A stretch of DNA of 64,000 bases, from IMG/VR virus record IMGVR_UViG_3300027704_001989; one strand, written 5' to 3'. Numbering within the stretch: position 1 is the stretch's first letter; each line of letters starts with the position of its first letter. This stretch comes from an uncultured virus (IMG/VR IMGVR_UViG_3300027704_001989) (taxonomy: Duplodnaviria > Heunggongvirae > Uroviricota > Caudoviricetes). The position numbers and the translations under genes are program-made. Positions 38,301 to 44,980 of this stretch are shown here, piece by piece. The notes beneath the pieces were generated by a model that worked only from the letters and a program-made list of their open reading frames with translations, was not told where the DNA came from and ran no database searches.

Positions 38301-40190
38301 CATACGGAATAATGCTTTAATATAATCTGCTCTGTATGCATCTTTGTCATGTCCTGCTTGCATTACTGCCGCATAACGAATAACCGTTTTAACAATTAAG
38401 TCTACATCTTTAGTATAATCTGATCCGCCTGCAACACGAAATTCTATTAGTTTATTTCCTTCGCTGTTTTTCTGTTCCTTGAAGTTGATACTACTAAACT
38501 TACCAGAACTAATACCACTGCTTAGTATCTCTTCTAGACCTGCAAGACTCTTTTCAGCCTTTTGATCTTTAGTTAAATCCTCTACATACTTTTTAATTCG
38601 TGCCTGTTGGCTTGCTGTATAACTATTATCTGCTCTGTTAAACTGTTTTAACAAGTATTGATCACCTAGCAGTAAAGCCATTTTTAATTTGTTTGTTTCG
38701 CCTGAGCCACTGTCAGCCATGCTCATTGTAATGTGTAAACCAGTTGAGCTATTTGTTTCTACGGCGTGTTCTTCGCTCATCCAATCAAACAAACTTTTTA
38801 TTTCTTTAAGCATGTCTTGCGGTGTATCGTATACAGGACTAATAAGTTCAGAACCTAATCCAGAGCCGTCAATTGAACTATCATCTTCTACACGCCAGTA
38901 GGCATTATCAACTGCTGTGCCGCTGTGATATTCTCCTGCTTCAACTTCTGATCTAAAGCTATTCTTATCTGCCCATTGGGTTAAATATTGAGCAACTTCT
39001 TCTTGTCCACCGCCTTGCTCATTGTACAAAAATATATCGAGATCACCTAGTAGGGCATTCCAATTCCCTCTGTACTCGTCATCACACCAGGTCTCTGGGT
39101 CATGGTTGTCTAGTACGTTACTCCATGCATCATCAAATGCTTCGCCGTTATCTCTAATATCATCTATTAGCCATTCTTCAAATGCGTCATCTTCATTTAT
39201 TTCAACATATTCTCTAGCCCAGGCATCGTCTTCCCATGATTTGCGTTCTTCGGTCTCTTCGGCAGCGGCTTCGTCAGTGTCTGAGCTGCCTTTGGCTAAA
39301 TTTGACATAATCATTTCTTTATATTCGTCAACATCGTCCATAGATACTTTATCATCTACATAACGGTCAGTATAGTCTTCATCATCTTTACGGTCGCGTA
39401 CTAGATCATCTATTATTTCTCTTTCTGCATCGTAGAAATAATCAGTTTCCTGAATCCATTCTCTGAATCCTTCTTCTACTGACTCTACACCGCGATCCCC
39501 TTCTTGATCTTCTAGCTTTGAGCTAATATCGTACCAGTTGTTGCCATCTAACCAATCTTCATCTCCATCGGAGCCGGATAAATCATTCCAAACTGTTTCT
39601 GCTTCAAATCCACACTTAACCGGAGCACTTAATGCTTGCTTTGCTAAGTCTGGCTTATTAAAGTTTAGTTCAAATATTGGATCACCTTGTTGTATATGCT
39701 TCTGTGCTCTGAGTAATCTTTTAATCTTGTTAGATAAGTTATGCTTACGTTTAACATTGTTAGGTAGTTTTGCTTTTTCTGTAACTGGTTCGCCAGCTGA
39801 CGTTGTAATATCATCGTCAGGATCTAATGTATAAAATTCTTTGTTCTTTTGATTTTGTACAACAACTGCATTTTTGTTTAGACCGTTGTTTACAGGGCTC
39901 ATTACTTTAACAGTATCGCCTTTGTCGTCTAGGTATTCAAAGTCTTGTGCTAACTCTTTTGCTTTTGATATAATTGGTTCAACCGGTGCTGGTCCATCAG
40001 TGTTAGTTTTATTTTGCTGACTGCTAGGACTAACCTGTGGTTTATTTACACCTGACTTCGCCGGCTTAGCGGCTGCTGTTGCTTTAGCAGTTGACCCAGT
40101 TTGTTGTTGAGAACTAGGAGTACTAACTCCGCTATTCATTCCGTACTCAGAGATTAACGATTTTATTGTGCGTATATCTTTAGACTTCAT
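35319..40190 (-). CDS. Large multidomain protein: amidoligase (COOH-NH2 ligase) domain plus C-terminal PD-(D/E)XK-like domain
   Basis: GFEAE, DDSS, ELISP, STGLHITMS, KFSSINF, IEFR; C-terminal GPGE..KGDL..IELK. Confidence 0.75.
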   Translation of the reverse strand: MKSKDIRTIKSLISEYGMNSGVSTPSSQQQTGSTAKATAAAKPAKSGVNKPQVSPSSQQNKTNTDGPAPVEPIISKAKELAQDFEYLDDKGDTVKVMSPVNNGLNKNAVVVQNQKNKEFYTLDPDDDITTSAGEPVTEKAKLPNNVKRKHNLSNKIKRLLRAQKHIQQGDPIFELNFNKPDLAKQALSAPVKCGFEAETVWNDLSGSDGDEDWLDGNNWYDISSKLEDQEGDRGVESVEEGFREWIQETDYFYDAEREIIDDLVRDRKDDEDYTDRYVDDKVSMDDVDEYKEMIMSNLAKGSSDTDEAAAEETEERKSWEDDAWAREYVEINEDDAFEEWLIDDIRDNGEAFDDAWSNVLDNHDPETWCDDEYRGNWNALLGDLDIFLYNEQGGGQEEVAQYLTQWADKNSFRSEVEAGEYHSGTAVDNAYWRVEDDSSIDGSGLGSELISPVYDTPQDMLKEIKSLFDWMSEEHAVETNSSTGLHITMSMADSGSGETNKLKMALLLGDQYLLKQFNRADNSYTASQQARIKKYVEDLTKDQKAEKSLAGLEEILSSGISSGKFSSINFKEQKNSEGNKLIEFRVAGGSDYTKDVDLIVKTVIRYAAVMQAGHDKDAYRADYIKALFRMLNSVDEIDPDTVKNASSYIDPSVADAKVIDAFKDLASKRSYKDALEYLGMAYTALGRYTQMASADMQGDLFQENEAEDETPEDESLQQSRQRQQAYLDHAKKYFSKAFAMIISDLANGNNRTEPKVKQIAGFRKGFKDFGIPGAELWDMLKKEKLFTNSPTTVHQKEIDWAEGFNKLLNVNVAKARVADFNVNFDANNDALFMTGTYRNYIQKDAGLDLFNDDKATGEDPGDILNPEMFTVVPDKELTAVERTVYDYDEAVIDYKNDVERADNMQRELDTKDSDSYNDPSTLSNKMALRMAQEDYPNYKKMWDGGFGLFMADPNINAVKLARWINNLETSNNAKQDVLNALVYNKENNGNPVQWDEISSMVQAYKAGGVDTTDLIDADHPAHAQGSRTNENSVEDTERAISKMRGSADMNMRLLNGKKQELDAFEKKYGFVPSSVRYGSTGYSVGDMARVNTEMQRHIANKYNVSFSKIKESKNMFENFNKLPLRKQLEIVSKVDANKINEALIVSKKKLNETIEAEQDMTALLTTYGTPSKKKKKGKGFEHPNKSGSGRAAKYTEGAVPDNSPVKKIRQLLNVPLLASDLKSQMEAYFVVPDPSMIRAFREAASGGGPDTDLRTIFKGFVQNKVHPEIKKKAGLTESKSDLIKKLEELPDDDKTNKLINYIEQLLNDMGVGGKIQSLSNMLGEVPDEDVKKAIKQIAKIVASIEMTPAERAKLFMDWKQDKLIRVDTLLSTSTDTMAEIFVGYGMEGNEHITELVNDLNEVVQYGIGPGEFALSVLSQRIGGMGASSGADDGKGDLMIDGQPIELKTTRKNSARFNDRQVTVSDSYKTMVTAFFTKYAEKFKELEAQGAVLRVKSGMQQNHVAAFLKLVPEAEKEVADIISNIFTELPNAGTEIAQYLAQNNINGAMQTIAQSNVNNYLAAKRGGGNLKGILFLDLKKQTFTFIQDVKDLAGSGLRLHAKTNYLVTTNENPFANTSIVDSSN

Positions 40191-40200
40191 ATCTTTATTA

Positions 40201-40482
40201 TTACCGCTTATTAAGTGTTTTTAATCGTTTTGCAACTGGATTAAATCTTTTTGTTCTGCGAGCCTTACGAATCATTCGCTTGCCCATTTTGGCTTTTGTT
40301 CTTCTAAGCGTCATACGTTTTTTAAGGTCTATCGGCTTTGCACACTGGCTAGAATTTTTTACAACTCTGCCTGCTCTTGGGCCACTAGTGCAACGTACAG
40401 CACGTTTGATCTTGTTACCCATTCGACGCCATACCATGCGGGCCTCAACTAATTCGCCGCCTGTTACTTCGTCAAGCTTCAT
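40201..40482 (-). CDS. Highly basic putative head-internal DNA-binding protein
   Basis: MKLDEV..LVE followed by an R/K-rich sequence. Confidence 0.65.
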   Translation of the reverse strand: MKLDEVTGGELVEARMVWRRMGNKIKRAVRCTSGPRAGRVVKNSSQCAKPIDLKKRMTLRRTKAKMGKRMIRKARRTKRFNPVAKRLKTLNKR

Positions 40483-40730
40483 TTTAATAGACTCTGTACT
40501 AGTACTGCAATTGTGCCTAACAAGGTAGTAATAGTAACACCGACTATAGCAATAACCCATCCTTCTATTCTATTCAATCGCTGTTTAGTATCTTCTTTAA
40601 ATTCACGCACTTCTGTAGTAATAGCTTCTATACGAAGCATGTCAGCAATAATGTGTGCTTCGATATTTCCAGAATATGCAGGCAATGCATCGGCTGCTAT
40701 ATCTAACTCTGGTTTTGATTTCTTGACCAT
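40479..40730 (-). CDS. Coiled-coil protein with a C-terminal membrane helix
   Basis: RLNRIEGWVIAIVGV.. Confidence 0.65.
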   Translation of the reverse strand: MVKKSKPELDIAADALPAYSGNIEAHIIADMLRIEAITTEVREFKEDTKQRLNRIEGWVIAIVGVTITTLLGTIAVLVQSLLK

Positions 40731-40731
40731 T

Positions 40732-41136
40732 TTATAATAAATCCTGTTTAGTGAACTCCATGTTCACAGTAGTTTTTGTATCTATTGTGCCACCATTTAA
40801 TACAATACCGTTAAGTTCGTCTTGTAATGTAGTAATGCTATGCACACTTTCACGTTCAAAAGCAAATTTAAAAATCCAGCCTGCGCCTGTTATACTTGGA
40901 GCGCCGTAACCTTCTAATACGTTAGCACCAACACCATTTAACTCAACTGGTCTATTCATGATAATTGGCATAGCTCTTAATCCAATAACCTGAACAACAC
41001 TTTCAAAATCCTTCTGCGTTTCATCTGTAAAATCACCAGTATGTGTAATATCTAGTGATGTAAATAGTGTGTAGAATTCTATGTTTCCTGTAACAACTTC
41101 TTGGCTGTTCATTGCGCCTGATCTATTCAAAGTCAT
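40732..41136 (-). CDS. Hypothetical virion-associated protein
   Basis: TAAATA at 41156-41161; GGAG RBS. Confidence 0.65.
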   Translation of the reverse strand: MTLNRSGAMNSQEVVTGNIEFYTLFTSLDITHTGDFTDETQKDFESVVQVIGLRAMPIIMNRPVELNGVGANVLEGYGAPSITGAGWIFKFAFERESVHSITTLQDELNGIVLNGGTIDTKTTVNMEFTKQDLL

Positions 41137-41203
41137 GTGTGTCTCCTATACACACTATTTATCATCAAACTAATAACATGTATCTAAAAATATTCCGATA
41201 GTC

Positions 41204-41230
41204 AAAAAAAAGCACTCCGAAGAGTGCTTT
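41204..41230 (-). terminator. Intrinsic terminator
   Basis: AAAAGCACTC-TTCG-GAGTGCTTTT. Confidence 0.85.
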
Positions 41231-41274
41231 TAGTGTGCAACTAAGCACGATCCCTAAGGTAGTAAGGAATTAGT

Positions 41275-41571
41275 TTAGCCTGCGTTAAATGAAATCACTG
41301 CTGCCCATGCACAACCAGCTACGCTAAACGCATCCGATGCATCATCAGCAATTGCTGGTCCGCCTTCGTATGCTACGTGAACTGCTGTTGCTACGTCTAC
41401 TACAAATCCTTCGATTCCAGTAACAGTGTAGTTTTGCACTGTGATTGCTGCTATTAAAGCATCCATCTTCACCTGCGTCATGTTTGTTGAAACTGTTGCT
41501 GTTGCAACGTGTAGTTCTCTACCGAAAGCATTTAAGTCTTCAGTAAAACCATGTACTCTTGTTTGTGCCAT
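41275..41571 (-). CDS. Small MAQ-type late protein 1
   Basis: Own TAAATA promoter, RBS and terminator. Confidence 0.7.
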   Translation of the reverse strand: MAQTRVHGFTEDLNAFGRELHVATATVSTNMTQVKMDALIAAITVQNYTVTGIEGFVVDVATAVHVAYEGGPAIADDASDAFSVAGCAWAAVISFNAG

Positions 41572-41680
41572 TTTATCTCTCCAAATTGTTCGGGCCTTGT
41601 TGCCCTATGCTAATATTTATCAAATTATACCCAAAAAAAATCCCCACTTAGTGAGGATTTTTAAACATAAACGTTAAATA

Positions 41681-41923
41681 TTAATCAAATGTTGCGATTA
41701 ATGTAGTTCCGCCGATAGATGGTGTTGCGCCTGCGCCTTGTAAAGCGATGTGACTTCCACTTACTATACCTTCAACTGCTACAACGATGAAGCCTTCTAC
41801 TTGTGCTTCTGTTACTGCGGCCGCAACTGTTACTGCTGTTACGTCATCTACTTCTAAGATGAATGTTGTTCCTACGAATCCGTTTGCTGCTCTTACTGCT
41901 GCGTTTGGGTTTGCTTGTGCCAT
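41681..41923 (-). CDS. Small MAQ-type late protein 2
   Basis: Own promoter, RBS and terminator (about 41633-41662). Confidence 0.7.
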   Translation of the reverse strand: MAQANPNAAVRAANGFVGTTFILEVDDVTAVTVAAAVTEAQVEGFIVVAVEGIVSGSHIALQGAGATPSIGGTTLIATFD

Positions 41924-42037
41924 TGTTATTCTCCTAAATATAATGTAGAGTTAATTTTTACTCTATGTACTTATTTATCATTACACTCATAAAAAAAGGC
42001 AGTAAAACTGCCTTTTAATACATAAGTTTATGTAAAC

Positions 42038-42298
42038 TTAGAATGCTGCGTCAGCAATAACGTGTCCTACAATGTCGCCATTTGCTAAGTTATCAGCGCC
42101 TTCTACTATCATTTTAACTGTATCTGTTGTTACTGTTCCAACTTTAAGTACTGATAAGTTTAAGTTTTGAACTGAGCTAACTAATGCTGTTAGTTGAGTT
42201 GCTGAGATGTTTCCTGATTGCTGTTGGAAAGACTTTAAAAATACGTCCTTGCCGATAAATTCTGCTGCTGCTACTGATCTTCTATCTGTTTGTGCCAT
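42038..42298 (-). CDS. Small MAQ-type late protein 3
   Basis: Own promoter, RBS and terminator (about 41991-42016). Confidence 0.7.
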   Translation of the reverse strand: MAQTDRRSVAAAEFIGKDVFLKSFQQQSGNISATQLTALVSSVQNLNLSVLKVGTVTTDTVKMIVEGADNLANGDIVGHVIADAAF

Positions 42299-42357
42299 GT
42301 TAATTCTCCTAAATATAGCGAGCTAATTGCTCTATGCGTATATTTACCTTTTTTTCT

Positions 42358-42888
42358 TTACTTCCCGACCTTAAATATGTCTGAATTTTTAAAGTTACGC
42401 TTTGCTTTTGCTAAACCGCTGCCGACTGCTTTTCTTAAACTTGATTGATCGGTGCCGGCAAGAGGATTAAATCTACTAGTGTTACCTGATCCGGTACCTA
42501 ATCTATTTGTATTACCTATTTGCCCGCCTACAGTTCCGGTAGGTTGATCAGCTTTTCTTTTCATATCGTTCTTGATTCTAGCCTGAACGCTGTCGTCTGG
42601 CTTTGTATCCGGTTTAGCATTTTTAACCGTGTCAATTTGATCATCAGACATACCAGTATATGTTACTTTAAAGTCTGGGTATCTTTGTTTTACAGCAAAC
42701 TTTAATGCCATACCCGGGCTCCATTTAGGTCTTTTAATATAACCTACTGCTAATGCAACAACACTTGATTTGTCTAACATTATGAATTGGGGTAGTTTTG
42801 GATTTCCATACTCGTCATCAAATTCCTGTCCTAATCTATCTCTTAGTTCAGCATCGTTTTCTAAAAGAATAATTTCATTTATCTTCAT
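42358..42888 (-). CDS. Putative head-internal protein
   Basis: MKINEIILLE start at an ATGA overlap. Confidence 0.6.
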   Translation of the reverse strand: MKINEIILLENDAELRDRLGQEFDDEYGNPKLPQFIMLDKSSVVALAVGYIKRPKWSPGMALKFAVKQRYPDFKVTYTGMSDDQIDTVKNAKPDTKPDDSVQARIKNDMKRKADQPTGTVGGQIGNTNRLGTGSGNTSRFNPLAGTDQSSLRKAVGSGLAKAKRNFKNSDIFKVGK

Positions 42889-43685
42889 TTCTTTTTCCTG
42901 CCAGCTGCCCAATAGCCTGCAATTGCACCTATACCTGTGCCTGCTTTTTTAAGTGTATCTGGTTTATTTTTTGCAAGTTTTGTTAGTTTCTTAGCGGCAT
43001 ATCTTCCTGCAACTGCACCAAGAGCTGCACCACCAACTTTTTTTGCAAAACTAGTTCTAGGTACACTGTATGCTGGCTCAGAAGTAAATGCTTTGTATTT
43101 AACCATAGCTGTCATTGGACTTATAAGTTCACTGCCTCTACCTAAATAACGCATTGTTTGTAATAGTTTAGTTACAACTAATTGTCTACTTGAAAATTTT
43201 AAGTTACCCCAGTCAGTGATATATCTACGGTATTGTTTAAATTTAGAATCTTTAATCTTAAGTTGTGATTCTAATCTAAAGAAGTAGCCCACTGCTTCGT
43301 TTTTTCTATCTGATCCATTTGCTATCTTTTTCATAAACATAAAGTGCTTACGACTATCAAAGTTTAATCCTTGTAGGAAAGAAACACTCGACATTCTATT
43401 CTTTAAACTTATTTTATCACTCTTGGGTTGATTTAGCATGTATCCTAGTAGATATAAATCAGTAGCACTTGTTCTAAAAGTATTGTAACCACCGTATTGG
43501 GTAGTTTGCTTTGCATAGTTACTTGCATACCTATGTTGTACATCATCTTGCACCATTAAATATAATGCAATAGTGTTGAGATATAGCAAGTCAGCAACGT
43601 CTCTACCTGTGAGTTGGCGCATGTTACCAGAAGATCTGTACAATCTACTTTCTGATATTTCTTGATCTATAAATTCAAATTCCAT
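42885..43685 (-). CDS. Putative virion protein with C-terminal glycine zippers
   Basis: ISESRLYR; GGAALGAVAG and GTGIGAIAG. Confidence 0.6.
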   Translation of the reverse strand: MEFEFIDQEISESRLYRSSGNMRQLTGRDVADLLYLNTIALYLMVQDDVQHRYASNYAKQTTQYGGYNTFRTSATDLYLLGYMLNQPKSDKISLKNRMSSVSFLQGLNFDSRKHFMFMKKIANGSDRKNEAVGYFFRLESQLKIKDSKFKQYRRYITDWGNLKFSSRQLVVTKLLQTMRYLGRGSELISPMTAMVKYKAFTSEPAYSVPRTSFAKKVGGAALGAVAGRYAAKKLTKLAKNKPDTLKKAGTGIGAIAGYWAAGRKKK

Positions 43686-44980
43686 TATGATGTAGGTTTT
43701 CCTGTTCCAAAGTTTAATCTACTAAACTCCATTCTATCAACTAGTTTAAGAGCGTTGCCTATTCGATCAATTGCAACAAACCCTTCTCCGCTTGTGGCTT
43801 TAAATCCTTCACCATCTGCAGCAAACGTTTGTGTGCTTTGTAATTTTCCTAACTTGTCTATGATTACAAGTTTTGCTTTAATTAACATCAAGTATAAATC
43901 ATACACTGCTGTTATTTCTTTAGCATGTTGTTTAATAAATGCTACAGTTTTAACCATGCTATCAGTTTTGGCATCTTTAGTCTTTTGCATTTTTACTTTG
44001 TCAATTTCTTTTGTAGACTTGTCAATCCATTTTACAACAAATTCTTTTGCTAAACTTTCAGGGGAGCCAAAGTCTCCTGCTCTAATCTTATTATTTACTG
44101 TGGCTTTTAGTTGTTGTAAGAAATCTTTGCCTACTAAGTCGTTGCCTTTCTCTAACCAATTAAATACTTCTCCACTAATTTGTTTAGTGTAAGTGTCAGC
44201 GGCTTTGATAGTTGCTAGTACTTCTGCTGATTCTTGAGCAGTCATTGTTACTGTACCTGATACATCTTTGATGTTTGCATCAGTTTGCCAAACACCGGCA
44301 TTACTGCCATCACCTAATCTAGATGAATCAAATCCAAATGTTGCTGTTGTATCTGCTAGTGTTGGGCCGCCTGCATATTCTGTGTGCCATACTATACCAA
44401 TTTCAGCTGCCAACATTTGCTTTGCTAAGTCGCTGTCCTTTGGTAAAGCATAAGCAAGAGTGTTAGGCTTAAAATATATAAGTGCTTCGCCATCATGATT
44501 TAATTCTTTGATGTCGCCTTTCATAAACATCATGTCGCCTTGTGCAACTGTGTCCCACTGTAGTTTACCTAACGTTCTAAGTGCTACTTTTAATTTTTTT
44601 CGTAAGCCGCTACCGTCTTTCCCGGCTTGGTCTGCGTGGTAGTTATCAATGTCTTCGTCTGTGAAGTTAAGTTTTGCTTTTCCTGCAAACACACCCTTAG
44701 TACCTACAAAGAATTTACCAGTTTGCGGATCTTTTCCGCATACTAATGCAGGCGAACCGTCCCACTTAACTGTCATATCAAACGCACCCTTTGCTGAGCC
44801 TTCTAACATTTGATGTAAACTGTACAAATAGTCCACTGCTTCTTTAGCACCTTGATAACCTTTGTTGAAAATGTTATCTTCTAGATGTTCCATGTGGGTG
44901 TTCTTGCCGTCTGCTTCTAGCATTAAGCTCTCACTTAATATTCTAGTAACTAGGGGTTTAGATATTTCTATAAATCGCAT
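43685..44980 (-). CDS. DUF6267-like protein with a ligase-type KxDG motif
   Basis: NTHMEHLED, TVKWDGSPA, QGDMMF, GEGFV, KLVDRMEFS. Confidence 0.7.
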   Translation of the reverse strand: MRFIEISKPLVTRILSESLMLEADGKNTHMEHLEDNIFNKGYQGAKEAVDYLYSLHQMLEGSAKGAFDMTVKWDGSPALVCGKDPQTGKFFVGTKGVFAGKAKLNFTDEDIDNYHADQAGKDGSGLRKKLKVALRTLGKLQWDTVAQGDMMFMKGDIKELNHDGEALIYFKPNTLAYALPKDSDLAKQMLAAEIGIVWHTEYAGGPTLADTTATFGFDSSRLGDGSNAGVWQTDANIKDVSGTVTMTAQESAEVLATIKAADTYTKQISGEVFNWLEKGNDLVGKDFLQQLKATVNNKIRAGDFGSPESLAKEFVVKWIDKSTKEIDKVKMQKTKDAKTDSMVKTVAFIKQHAKEITAVYDLYLMLIKAKLVIIDKLGKLQSTQTFAADGEGFKATSGEGFVAIDRIGNALKLVDRMEFSRLNFGTGKPTS

